DNA of 58,198 bases from Cyanobacteriota bacterium. GTDB lineage: Bacteria; Cyanobacteriota; Cyanobacteriia; SKYG9. The notes below the pieces were generated by a model. The model made no database searches. It was not told the DNA's origin and was given only the letters and a program-made list of their open reading frames with translations. The position numbers and the translations under genes were made by a program. The DNA lies in contig JANWZG010000001.1 of NCBI GenBank assembly GCA_025054735.1, positions 1-58,198 of the forward strand, read 5' to 3'. This document shows positions 1 to 10,550 of this stretch, one piece after another; position 1 is the stretch's first letter, and each line of letters begins with the position of its first letter.

Positions 1-1
1 G

Positions 2-151
2 TTGGACAGTTATCTAGCTGGTTTGGGACTAGACTCTGGCTGGCTGGTGATCTTTGACCAGCGATCGGGGGTGCCGCTGATCGCCGACCATACAACGACT
101 GAAGCGGCAGTCACACCCAGCGGTAGGGCAGTGGTAGTAATTCGGGGATAG
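2..151 (+). CDS. 3' end of a gene cut by the window edge; C-terminus of a cyanobacterial AAA-ATPase-like family
   Basis: Frame 2 reads LDSYLAGLGLDSGWLVIFDQRSGVPLIADHTTTEAAVTPSGRAVVVIRG with TAG at 149-151. It is absent from the ORF track because it has no start in the window. Family assignment is from memory of the conserved GL..GWLVIFD C-terminal motif. Confidence 0.45.
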   Translation: MDSYLAGLGLDSGWLVIFDQRSGVPLIADHTTTEAAVTPSGRAVVVIRG

Positions 152-237
152 GACTGACAGCGAAAAGACGGGCAGCCTGCTTGCGTAATAATGGTGCTGT
201 AGAGATGGGTGCTTATGCTTGTGTCTTGGTTTGAACC

Positions 238-2535
238 ATGGCGGATTTGGTACTAGTTGGGGGAGGGCATAGTCATGCGATTGTCCTCAAGCTGTGGAGT
301 ATGAATCCCTTGCCGGGAGTGCAGCTTACGCTGATCAGCGATGGGGTGCAAACGCCCTACTCTGGCATGTTACCAGGGTATATTGCTGGCTATTACAGCG
401 CTGAAGAGTGCCACATTGACCTACAAACCTTAGCAACGGCTGCTGGGGCAAGGTTGATTTGCGATCGGGCGATCGGGTTAGATTTAGCCAACCAGCAGGT
501 AATTTGTGCTCATCGCCCTGCCATTAGCTTTGATGTAGTGTCCATTGACATTGGCAGCACACCCAATACCCTGACTGTACCCGGAGCCAAAGACTATGCA
601 ATTCCTGTTAAACCCATCGCCCAGTTTTTGCATCATTGGCAAGCGCTACTGGCCAACCTATCCGATGAAGCGGGTTTAACCCTTGGCATTGTGGGTGGGG
701 GTGTAGGCGGGGTGGAACTGGCACTAGCAATGCAGGCTAGGTTGGGTAAGCTCTATCAACAGGCTGGACGATCGTCAGATGCCCTCACCATTCACTTGTT
801 TCAGCGGGGCGATCACCTCGTGCCCGATCGCCACCCTCGCATTGGTCGCCGTCTCTACCAAGTTCTTGTGGAGCGCTGCATCCATGTTCATCTCCATGCA
901 ACTGTTACTGCGCTCACTTCCCCGTCTTCCCATGCCCCTATCCACGTGGTCTGCGAATCTGGCCTAACAGTGGCCTGCGATCGCCTGTTTTGGGTCACCC
1001 AGGCAGTAGCAGCTCCTTGGCTGCAAACCTCTGGTCTGGCAACGGATGATCAGGGTTTCATCCAAGTCAACGATCATCTGCAATCCATCTCCCATGCTTG
1101 CGTGTTTGCTGCGGGTGACATTGCTACCATGGTCAATCATCCCCGTCCTAAGGCTGGTGTCTTTGCGGTTCGGCAGGGCCAGCCCTTGTTCCACAATCTG
1201 CGCCATGCGCTACTGTGTAAACCCCTACGGACTTTTATTCCCCAACGTGATTTTCTAGCCTTGGTGGGTACGGGGGATGGACGGGCGATCGCCCTCCGTA
1301 ATGACATGGCATCACCACCGTCTGCCCTGCTCTGGCGCTGGAAGGACTGGATCGATCGCCGCTTCATGGCCAAATTCACAGACTTGAAGCCAATGGCTAT
1401 GGGGAGTTCAGAAGTCAGAGTGCATGGCATGGGACATCAACTCCGCGCTCCTAACTCTGCATTTCCATCGCCAATGTATTGTGCTGGTTGTGGATCTAAG
1501 GTGGGAAGTGATAGTTTAGGGCGATCGTTGACCCGGTTGCGGCAAGAATATCCTGATTGGGGCGACTCCCCAGACGTGTTAATTGGGCTAGATGCCCCCG
1601 ATGATGCCGCTGTGGTACAGGTGCCCTTGGGTAAGGTGTTGGTGCAGACGGTGGATCATTTCCGTGCACTGATCACCGATCCCTTTTTGCTGGGACAGAT
1701 CACGGTCAACCATTGCCTGAGTGACCTGTTTGCCATGGGGGCCGAGGCCCATAGCGGGCTGGCGATCGTCACCCTTCCCTACGGATCACCCCGACAGCAG
1801 GAAGAGACCCTGTTCCAACTGTTGGCAGGAATTCTCAAAGCCTTACGCTACAACAACGCTGCTCTAATCGGCGGCCACACCACTGAGGGCGAAGAACTGG
1901 TTGTTGGTCTTGCCTGCAATGGCTTTGCTGAACCGCACCATCTATGGCGCAAGTCTGGCCTGCAACCTGGCCAAACCCTAATTCTCACCAAGGCTGTGGG
2001 TACAGGAACCCTATTTGCGGCTAATATGCGCCTGCAAGCCAAGGGATGCTGGATTGAGGCGGCTATTGAGTCGATGCTACTTTCCAACCAAGAAGCTGCT
2101 GCCATCCTACGTCGGCATGGAGCTTCCACCGGCACGGATGTCACTGGCTTTGGGCTGCTAGGTCATTTACTAGAGTTAGTCCGTGCTTCCCAGGTTGCTG
2201 TCCGTCTTGATGTGGAAGCTGTCCCTGTCCTAGCGGGTGCCCTTACTACTGCCCAGCGGGGCATTCTCAGTTCCTTACATCCCCAAAATCAGCAGGCTGC
2301 TCGTACTATCACTGTTCCAGACTACATTGAGCAGCATCCCCATTTTCCCCTGTTGTTTGACCCCCAAACGTCTGGCGGTCTCCTTGCGGCTGTTCCTGCC
2401 GATCGCACCACTGCTTGCCTTGCGGATCTACATGCTGCTGGCTATCCTGCGGCAACGGCGATCGGCCAAATCTGTGAGCTAGCAACCATCTCTGATGGTT
2501 CCATGGTTCAGGGGTCAACTCTCATCGTTTTTTAA
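238..2535 (+). CDS. selD: Bifunctional protein: FAD/NAD(P) pyridine-nucleotide-disulfide oxidoreductase (NDH-2-like) fused to selenide, water dikinase (SelD)
   Basis: Single 765-aa ORF. The N-terminal half has dinucleotide folds (LVGGGHSHA, IVGGGVGGVE, AAGD). The C-terminal half is SelD/AIR-synthase-like: a CAGCGSKVG loop (Cys and Lys align with E. coli SelD Cys17/Lys20), DAPDDAAVV, GGHT and TDVTGFGLLGHL. Confidence 0.85.
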   Translation: MADLVLVGGGHSHAIVLKLWSMNPLPGVQLTLISDGVQTPYSGMLPGYIAGYYSAEECHIDLQTLATAAGARLICDRAIGLDLANQQVICAHRPAISFDVVSIDIGSTPNTLTVPGAKDYAIPVKPIAQFLHHWQALLANLSDEAGLTLGIVGGGVGGVELALAMQARLGKLYQQAGRSSDALTIHLFQRGDHLVPDRHPRIGRRLYQVLVERCIHVHLHATVTALTSPSSHAPIHVVCESGLTVACDRLFWVTQAVAAPWLQTSGLATDDQGFIQVNDHLQSISHACVFAAGDIATMVNHPRPKAGVFAVRQGQPLFHNLRHALLCKPLRTFIPQRDFLALVGTGDGRAIALRNDMASPPSALLWRWKDWIDRRFMAKFTDLKPMAMGSSEVRVHGMGHQLRAPNSAFPSPMYCAGCGSKVGSDSLGRSLTRLRQEYPDWGDSPDVLIGLDAPDDAAVVQVPLGKVLVQTVDHFRALITDPFLLGQITVNHCLSDLFAMGAEAHSGLAIVTLPYGSPRQQEETLFQLLAGILKALRYNNAALIGGHTTEGEELVVGLACNGFAEPHHLWRKSGLQPGQTLILTKAVGTGTLFAANMRLQAKGCWIEAAIESMLLSNQEAAAILRRHGASTGTDVTGFGLLGHLLELVRASQVAVRLDVEAVPVLAGALTTAQRGILSSLHPQNQQAARTITVPDYIEQHPHFPLLFDPQTSGGLLAAVPADRTTACLADLHAAGYPAATAIGQICELATISDGSMVQGSTLIVF

Positions 2536-3364
2536 ACTTCTCTAGCAAGACCAGCCAAAGAAACGGTGAGTCTTCAACTAAGTAGCGCCGCCACAGCCGC
2601 TTAGGCTCGTGAGCAAGCCGATAGACCCACTCCATACCCAGGTTACTTATCCACTTGGGCGATCGTGGCTTTTCTCCGGCCTCAAAGTCAATGGTGGCCC
2701 CAATGCCCATAAAAATCCTAACCGTCGTGAACCGATGATGGTATTTGGCAATCCACTTTTCCTGTTTGGGCGAGCCAACTCCCATTGCTAGCACTGTTGC
2801 CCCAGACTGGTTGACTATATCGATGATGCGATCGCATTCTGTCTCACTTTTTTCAAACCCAAAGGGTGGAGAATAGGCCCCAATGACAATATCACGTCCG
2901 ATTCTACGGTTGATTTTTTCCTGTGCTCGCTTAGCAACACCCTCTGCTGCTCCCGCTAAAAAAATGCGAATATCCTCATTGTGACGGTGGTAGTTGCAAA
3001 ATGCTGGAAAAATGTCAGATCCAGAAAGCTTTTCGCGAATAGGGGTGCCTAAAAAGCGGGACGCGAAGATAATCATCATGCTGTCACAGGTGCTGTAGTC
3101 AGCCAGTTTATACGCCTCACGAAACTCAGCATCCTTACGGAGGCGCATGATGTGATCCACGTTGGGTGTAAACACAATGCCGCGATCGAGGGACTGCAAA
3201 AATTCTGTCATTGTCAGGTTATCAATTTCAGTACCCAGGATGTTGACTCTCGGACGGCGAATTGATGCCATAGGCAGATTCTCTAAATGATGAAAGCTCT
3301 TTGAAATGCAAAGGATTTGGTCAGTAACCAATGCCCGGATTATACCGTGTTCAATGTCTGTCAC
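2522..3364 (-). CDS. WecB/TagA/CpsF-family (GT26) glycosyltransferase
   Basis: 280 aa with family-typical segments (FTPNVDHIM, IFLAGAAEGVA, LAMGVGSPKQEKWI, MEWVYRL). It converges on selD and overlaps its 3' end by 14 nt. Confidence 0.75.
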   Translation of the reverse strand: MTDIEHGIIRALVTDQILCISKSFHHLENLPMASIRRPRVNILGTEIDNLTMTEFLQSLDRGIVFTPNVDHIMRLRKDAEFREAYKLADYSTCDSMMIIFASRFLGTPIREKLSGSDIFPAFCNYHRHNEDIRIFLAGAAEGVAKRAQEKINRRIGRDIVIGAYSPPFGFEKSETECDRIIDIVNQSGATVLAMGVGSPKQEKWIAKYHHRFTTVRIFMGIGATIDFEAGEKPRSPKWISNLGMEWVYRLAHEPKRLWRRYLVEDSPFLWLVLLEKFKKR

Positions 3365-3420
3365 CTCTTGAACTCGGAAATATCCAAGTTAAGCCTCTCA
3401 AAGCCCTACTGCTCTCATGT

Positions 3421-3825
3421 TCATTGCCGAAAGCTGAAGGTATAGCCTGCGTAGGTGTTACCTTCATATAACACAATCAGCCACACTTGGGGGTCAAACT
3501 CCATCGGATACGCCTCGCGATCGAGCATCGTCCCGGTATCCCCCTTGATCTGAGACAGCCGACAGTAGGGAACCCCAACGATCGCCTGTACCGTCTGCTT
3601 AGAATTTGGTGATGCCATCGTTAGCAACTGGGAGAGCTGATGGCGAGACAGTACAGCTCCTGAGCGAATGGTCTCTCGGCATGTTTCCTGCCTAGCGCTG
3701 GTCAAGCGCCAGCCTGACCCGATCGTAGACAGACCAAACTGGTGCACTAGCAATGCCAAGCCTGCCAACAGAAATGCCCCAGCTAGCCAGAACTCTGGTT
3801 GCACCTTAGTCGCTCTATGGCTCAT
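3421..3825 (-). CDS. Hypothetical membrane-anchored protein
   Basis: 134-aa ORF with one N-terminal hydrophobic helix (FWLAGAFLLAGLALLV). No recognisable motif. Confidence 0.4.
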   Translation of the reverse strand: MSHRATKVQPEFWLAGAFLLAGLALLVHQFGLSTIGSGWRLTSARQETCRETIRSGAVLSRHQLSQLLTMASPNSKQTVQAIVGVPYCRLSQIKGDTGTMLDREAYPMEFDPQVWLIVLYEGNTYAGYTFSFRQ

Positions 3826-4126
3826 TCGTGAAGTCCTCGATGTGGAAACTAATCTGTGCTACTGAGAGCAAATCATGGAAGGACAAGCCATGCACGATCG
3901 CTCCTACTCAGATGATCCCCTATTGTATAGTACATTTGTTTTGAATAAGTCAAAAATTCTTGCGGATCTACATATTGCCTTATCGATTAGAGGGGTTGCC
4001 TATGGCTAAAGGTGCTGATCGACAGCAGCAGCGACTGTGTATGGCATGAGATGTTCCCCTGATTATCGAGCAAGATGGTCTAGGGCAACAGTTGAATTGA
4101 GATAGTCCAAGTTATATAGTCAAGGG

Positions 4127-5155
4127 TCAATTTTCCGGTGGCAAGTTACGCAAGGTATCTTCTAACTGGGCAATAGTGGGCAAGCTCCCCTGCAATCCCT
4201 CTGGCAGTGCATCTCGCAGTTGATAAGTGGAAACTCCGATCGGCTTGGCTATATCTCGCAATGCATATTCAACGATGGTTCGATCCTTTGTACGGCAGAG
4301 GATGATGCCGATCGTCGGTTGGTCTTCTGGTTGCCGCAACAAATCGTCAACGGCAGAAATGTAGAAATTCATCTTGCCAGAAAACTCTGGTTCAAACTCT
4401 GCCACCTTTAAGTCCACCACCACATAACAATGCAGCCGGACATGGTAGAAGAGCAAATCCAAACGGTATTCACGATTGCTGACCTGTAGGGGATACTGAC
4501 TGCCCAGAAAGGCAAACCCTACGCCTAGTTCCAGCAAAAAGTCTCGGATGCGATCTACCAATGCCCGCTCAATATCCCGTTCTTGGGCCTCATTCCCCAA
4601 ATCTAGAAAATCAAAGGTGTAGGGATCCTTAAGGACTTCTTGCGCCAGTTCCGATTGAGGTGCAGGCAAGGCACGATCGAAGTTAGTAATCGCCCCACCC
4701 CGCCGCTCATACAAGTTGCCATCTAGTTGATAGGTAAGGGTTTTACGACTCCATCCATGCTGAATCGTCTGTTGTATGTACCACAAGCGTTCCTCAGTTC
4801 CCTTCACCGCTTCTAGGATCCGCACATTGTGCCCCCAGGGAATTAGTGCAACAGTCTGTTGCACAATCTGCTCATCGGGGTAAGCTTCGGCCAGCGATCG
4901 CATGTAATGCAGATTACGGGACGAAAACCCCTTGATTGTAGGAAACGCCCGTCGCAGATCAACTGCCAAGCGATTAATAACTTGACTGCCCCACCCCTGC
5001 TGCTGTTGTCGTTGCAAAATCTCTCGCCCAATTTGCCAGTAGAGCAGAATCAATTCTCGATTAACTGCTAGTGCTGCTCGCACCTGAGCGCTGTGAATTT
5101 TCTGCTTAAGGTCGTTCAACAGGTTTTCATAGTCCTGGAAGGGCAGGTCAGTCAT
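4127..5155 (-). CDS. YhcG/DUF1016-type PDDEXK nuclease-domain protein
   Basis: 342 aa. The N-terminal region matches the DUF1016 pattern (AALAVNRELILLYWQIGREI). The C-terminal region has a PD-(D/E)XK core (RLDLLFYHVRLHCYVVVDLKV). Confidence 0.75.
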   Translation of the reverse strand: MTDLPFQDYENLLNDLKQKIHSAQVRAALAVNRELILLYWQIGREILQRQQQQGWGSQVINRLAVDLRRAFPTIKGFSSRNLHYMRSLAEAYPDEQIVQQTVALIPWGHNVRILEAVKGTEERLWYIQQTIQHGWSRKTLTYQLDGNLYERRGGAITNFDRALPAPQSELAQEVLKDPYTFDFLDLGNEAQERDIERALVDRIRDFLLELGVGFAFLGSQYPLQVSNREYRLDLLFYHVRLHCYVVVDLKVAEFEPEFSGKMNFYISAVDDLLRQPEDQPTIGIILCRTKDRTIVEYALRDIAKPIGVSTYQLRDALPEGLQGSLPTIAQLEDTLRNLPPEN

Positions 5156-5285
5156 GGTGTGTTGTCGATTCGGCAGAGATCCTTGATATTGGAATGTTGG
5201 CCTTTTTCTAGTGAGCTTATCGGGCTATTCAGTCACGTTGAGTGAGCAGTCAATCACCTATTCATAAAGAAAATAAAAAATTTGG

Positions 5286-5315
5286 TTACAAAAATTCATT
5301 AATTTGTCTTACAAT
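5286..5315 (+). promoter_or_regulatory. Candidate sigma70-type psbA promoter
   Basis: TTACAA (5286-5291), 18 nt, then TACAAT (5310-5315) in an AT-rich tract about 75 nt upstream of the psbA ATG. Motif reading only. Confidence 0.35.
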
Positions 5316-5387
5316 TGTGGCTACCGACTCAAACAGTTCGGTAACCATTCATAACTTGTTCATTTGTACTTGTACTTGGACTTATAG

Positions 5388-6473
<1,086 letters not shown>

Positions 6474-6497
6474 TTGAGCTGATTCGGTAGTTTGCGT

Positions 6498-6523
6498 AGC
6501 GCCTCCTACGGGGGCGCTTTTTG
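6498..6523 (+). terminator. Intrinsic terminator downstream of psbA
   Basis: AGCGCC (6498-6503) pairs with GGCGCT (6513-6518), followed by TTTTT. It lies 25 nt after the psbA stop. Confidence 0.6.
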
Positions 6524-6810
6524 CTGTTAAGAATTGAGGAGTTCCATGATGTATTTCCGCTTATGGATGCTAGAAGACTTTGCTATGCCATTTCAGTCTG
6601 GGTGGTATGGTATTTGAAGCACAATAGGCGGGATGCTAATACCTTTGTGATGATGGTAAACCGCCTGAGATCTCACGATCGCCGAGGGGTAACTATCTGA
6701 TTATCTGAGCTATCTAAGTGCAGACCGTGAAGCAGTAATTGCTGAGTTTGTGGCCTATATCCGCATGTTTATTTGGCAATCCGTATATTTGTTTGGAGGT
6801 AGTTTGCTGT

Positions 6811-8250
6811 CTAGGACGATCGCCGCACAGCTAACGCTCCTCTAATAGCAGCTTGCTGAATTGATTTTGGCTTTGGCTTGGGTGCTGGCTGTTTCAGAGC
6901 CGATGGTTTCATGGCGAAACCTGTTAACCCACCAATAACTAAAAGATAGGTGGGGTTAAGCATAGCGTTCTGGAGACAGTCGATCGTGTAGAGTAGTAGC
7001 CCTACAGCTAGGAAAACAACCGGGGCAATGTCTGGCCTCATCCAGGTGCGAGCTGGATATTTCCAGCAGATAGCCCAAATTGGAACTAGCATAGTTCCTA
7101 AAAAGCTCACTAGGCCAACAATGCCATTCATGCCAAAGGCAATGATCCACAAACTGTCTTGAACGGCTCGTTTACCATCCTCTGGACGAATCGTTGTTGA
7201 GCGATCCCATCCACCCCAGCCAAATAGGATTTGTTTGCGGGCATGGTCAACTAATACCTCTTCATTATTAAAGCGATACGCTAGGGATTGAATGCGATCG
7301 GGTGGAAAAATATTAGACAGATAGTCGATCAACTGGTCTGTGAAGTAACTTTCTGTCATCGTGTTGGTGTAGAGATAAACGCAAATAGCAATAATGATGA
7401 CAAATACCAACAAACCTGTTTTGAGAAACCTACCCGTGCCCATGATGATCAAACCTAGGAGTAATGACACGTAGGCTCCAGTTGATTTCAACAGCACGAA
7501 GGTGAGGCTAAGTGCCATCACCAACCACTTGGTTTCAATGTAGAAGAGTTTTTTACCTAGGGTTTTTGACTGCAATAGCCAGATTCCTGCTAAGGTGGCA
7601 ATCATCATCCAAGCCCCCACAGCTAAACCGTGGGACATAAACACAGTGGGTCGAAAACCTCCGTAGCGGATGGCCTGACTAAAATCTCCAGATGCATGGG
7701 CACCGTAAACAATTCTGTGGAGTTGAGGGCTAAGGCGCACTTCAAACAGACAGAATGGAATGTACACCACACCGCCAATAAAAATGCCTACGGCTATATC
7801 CTTGAGTCCCTGTAGGTTACTGAGGTAAAGACGGCCTAGCAGGTAAGGTACTCCCCAGGAAATAGTTTGAGCGATGACTGCGGATACGCCATCATATGCT
7901 CCCAGTCCATTGACGATCGAGGTCACAAATGGGCAGAACCACCACACAAGTATTGGAATATCTAACAGTCCAGGCTTGAAGGTGCTAAACCGTCCTGGAT
8001 CAAAGAGCATGATGGCGACTAACGCTGCGTAAATGGTAGCGGATGCCTTGCTGTAGTCTGGTAGGCCAGGTAGAGAGCGAGCGATTTCTGGGAGAAACAA
8101 CCAGGCAGCAATGATGCCAATAACTAACGCTCGCCTAGGTGGATATTGCTGAAATAGGAAAATGAAGAATGGTAACCATGCCACTATCACTAAGACTGCG
8201 ATCGCATTAGGGCTACCAAATGGGTTAGTTGGAATAACAAAGCCACCCAT
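6811..8250 (-). CDS. O-antigen ligase / Wzy-like polytopic membrane protein
   Basis: 479 aa with at least 10 hydrophobic helices and a large loop region. It sits in a polysaccharide locus. Family call is from topology and context only. Confidence 0.55.
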   Translation of the reverse strand: MGGFVIPTNPFGSPNAIAVLVIVAWLPFFIFLFQQYPPRRALVIGIIAAWLFLPEIARSLPGLPDYSKASATIYAALVAIMLFDPGRFSTFKPGLLDIPILVWWFCPFVTSIVNGLGAYDGVSAVIAQTISWGVPYLLGRLYLSNLQGLKDIAVGIFIGGVVYIPFCLFEVRLSPQLHRIVYGAHASGDFSQAIRYGGFRPTVFMSHGLAVGAWMMIATLAGIWLLQSKTLGKKLFYIETKWLVMALSLTFVLLKSTGAYVSLLLGLIIMGTGRFLKTGLLVFVIIIAICVYLYTNTMTESYFTDQLIDYLSNIFPPDRIQSLAYRFNNEEVLVDHARKQILFGWGGWDRSTTIRPEDGKRAVQDSLWIIAFGMNGIVGLVSFLGTMLVPIWAICWKYPARTWMRPDIAPVVFLAVGLLLYTIDCLQNAMLNPTYLLVIGGLTGFAMKPSALKQPAPKPKPKSIQQAAIRGALAVRRSS

Positions 8251-8424
8251 GAACAGTTCTGATGAAAATAGCAGATCGACTGAAGGCTGGCCACGAATGG
8301 GTGCATGAACAACCTCACAGCAACCCTAACGCTTATCAATCTGAATTGTCCATAGTTTTTATCAGGTTTCACTTAATCAGGTTTCAATTGACAGCAGTTC
8401 GTGTTACAACAATGACCGCACTGA

Positions 8425-9180
8425 GTGAAGAGGTTGTCAGTTGTGAGCGATCAGTCGAATACCTTCAAGCAGTTATCGATGGTGGTATCGGGTTTTAGTC
8501 GTGGAGTTGTGTTTGCTGACATTATTCAGGATTGGTTTACCTTTTTGGGTGGCAAGCCCGGTGAGGTGGTTGTTGTCGATAGTGGCAGTGACCTCGCGAC
8601 CCAAGCAATTTATTGGCAATTGTTCCAAAACAAGGTGATTGACAAGCTGCACATTGTTCGTGGCCAACATGATTCGGGCGATCGCAACCAAGCAGATCGC
8701 CAAGACTATATGGCAGTTGCAATTTCTAACAAACCCTATGTGCTGTTGTTTGGGCTAGACACTATTCCCCAGCGCCAAGGCTATGACTACTGGTTCGATG
8801 AGGCTATTAACAATCTTGATCGTGACGGCGTATTCGCAGTGAGTGCTGCTGAAAAAAACCTCACCAAGCATAGTGATGCCTGGGATCACTGGTACTACAG
8901 TACAGACAGTAACCCTGCGTTTATGGTGCTGAAGCGCAGCATGTTTATGGCAGCGCACCATGAGTTTGCTAGTAATTTCATCCTTTCTGGCTTCAAAGGA
9001 GATAACCCAGCCACAGCGATCAATCCAGAGCGATCATTCAGAGACGTGGCTTTCGCCCAATACTGTAAGACTCACAACCTGCTGACACTGTGCAGGGCAA
9101 CAACTCCAGACTGGCAGCCATTTTTGGCGCGACCTGCTGACGATCGCCTACAGCAGATAGGCAATACAAGGGCTAGCTAA
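8425..9180 (+). CDS. Hypothetical protein, possibly GT-A-fold-like
   Basis: 251-aa ORF with a GTG start; an alternative ATG lies at 8479. It has VVVVDSGSD and LLFGLDTIP segments reminiscent of GT2 nucleotide-binding and DxD regions. Weak. Confidence 0.35.
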   Translation: MKRLSVVSDQSNTFKQLSMVVSGFSRGVVFADIIQDWFTFLGGKPGEVVVVDSGSDLATQAIYWQLFQNKVIDKLHIVRGQHDSGDRNQADRQDYMAVAISNKPYVLLFGLDTIPQRQGYDYWFDEAINNLDRDGVFAVSAAEKNLTKHSDAWDHWYYSTDSNPAFMVLKRSMFMAAHHEFASNFILSGFKGDNPATAINPERSFRDVAFAQYCKTHNLLTLCRATTPDWQPFLARPADDRLQQIGNTRAS

Positions 9181-9191
9181 AATGTTTGTAA

Positions 9192-9209
9192 TGAGGACTT
9201 AAGTCCTCA
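9192..9209. repeat. Perfect 18-bp palindrome TGAGGACTTAAGTCCTCA (GGACT-NAA-GTCC hairpin family)
   Basis: Read directly, 12 nt after the stop of the 8425-9180 ORF. Related hairpins occur at 15110-15129 and 27858-27889. Confidence 0.6.
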
Positions 9210-9259
9210 CGATGAGCCTTTACAGAAACTAGGTAACTACTCATCCTATGGCCATACGG

Positions 9260-10486
9260 TCACCTATTGCCGTTTACTGGATCACGGGCAGTACGTACCC
9301 ATTTGGTTTGACGGCGCACCAGAAATTTAGCGTAGAGGGGAATTTTCCAAAGGATGTAGCCGGGAATGCTCAAGAGCAGACCGGGCGGAAGCAAGCTGCG
9401 CCCAAATATTGCCCAAGCTCCCAAAATGGCAAGACTGAGGCATAAACCTTGGATAATCATAATGACAAAGGGAAGCCAAATTCCTAATGGCGTGACTAGG
9501 GCAGTCAATAGAGTTAGACCTAACCAGAGTAAAACCAGCAATGACAGGGGCGGGACGGCTAAGTCTAGTGCCATTGCTAGCAATGCAAAGCGCTTTTGCC
9601 GTAGGGCAGCGGTGAGTAGGCGGGGAACTTGAGTTAGCTGGGTCTGTAGATGGCCGTGTTCCCAGCGGGTGCGCTGACTTTTAGCCGCTTGTTCTTGTTG
9701 AGGTAAGCGTCCGAAGACTGTGACAGAACGACAAAGACGGGGAGGATAGCCTGCGATCGCCAAGTCAACCCCCAGCTGCATATCTTCCACAATGTTGCCA
9801 CTTGCCAGGGAAATCGTTTGCACAATGTTCCAAGGAAACGCCATACCAGTGCCTGTTAGCAAGCAAGGCATTCCCAATCGAGATAACCCCAGAGGGCGTA
9901 CCAGATTTTTGACTAAAAATGCCAGGGACGATACTGCATCTTTAGCGGTAGGGTGAGCTGGTTTTTCCATTAAGTAAATAGCCTGCACTGGACGCTGGGT
10001 TATGTAAGCTTGGTGAGCTAGTTGATCAACGGCTGGTGAGGGCATGTCACAGTCAGCGTCTACCAGAACTAGCACATCTGGCGGGTCAGCGGCCAAATGT
10101 TGAATACCATAATCTAGGGCGTAGCCTTTGCCGCGATGCTCCAGATCCGTTCGTTCTAAGACGATGGCACCCCGATCGCGGGCGATGTCTGCCGTATTAT
10201 CGCTACAGTTGTCGGCAACCACAACGAGACGATCGGGGGCAGTCACTTGTGGTAACAGCGTATCTAACGTGGCTGCAATGCCAAGGGCTTCGTCATGGGC
10301 GGGCATGAGGATGGCAACGCGAGGACGTGTTTCTGGGCGATCGCCCATTGAGTTATCCTTGGGTGGCCGGGGAAGCGTCTGGCTATGGTGAGAAAACACC
10401 GCAACCATACACTCAGTGAACAGCACCAGCACTGGAACCGAAAGCAGGAGTGCTAGTGTTAACAAAACGACATGAACAAGTGCCAC
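9260..10486 (-). CDS. Membrane-bound family 2 glycosyltransferase (processive-synthase-like)
   Basis: 408 aa. It has an N-terminal TM helix, a GT2 core (AILMPAHDE, VVVADNCSDNT, VLVDADCD, a QRTRWEHG QxxRW-like motif) and C-terminal TM helices. Confidence 0.8.
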   Translation of the reverse strand: MALVHVVLLTLALLLSVPVLVLFTECMVAVFSHHSQTLPRPPKDNSMGDRPETRPRVAILMPAHDEALGIAATLDTLLPQVTAPDRLVVVADNCSDNTADIARDRGAIVLERTDLEHRGKGYALDYGIQHLAADPPDVLVLVDADCDMPSPAVDQLAHQAYITQRPVQAIYLMEKPAHPTAKDAVSSLAFLVKNLVRPLGLSRLGMPCLLTGTGMAFPWNIVQTISLASGNIVEDMQLGVDLAIAGYPPRLCRSVTVFGRLPQQEQAAKSQRTRWEHGHLQTQLTQVPRLLTAALRQKRFALLAMALDLAVPPLSLLVLLWLGLTLLTALVTPLGIWLPFVIMIIQGLCLSLAILGAWAIFGRSLLPPGLLLSIPGYILWKIPLYAKFLVRRQTKWVRTARDPVNGNR

Positions 10487-10550
10487 AAGCTATTCACCAA
10501 TCCATTCACCAATGTCATCACCCTGAAGTGTAGCGCTTTCATTCACTGCT

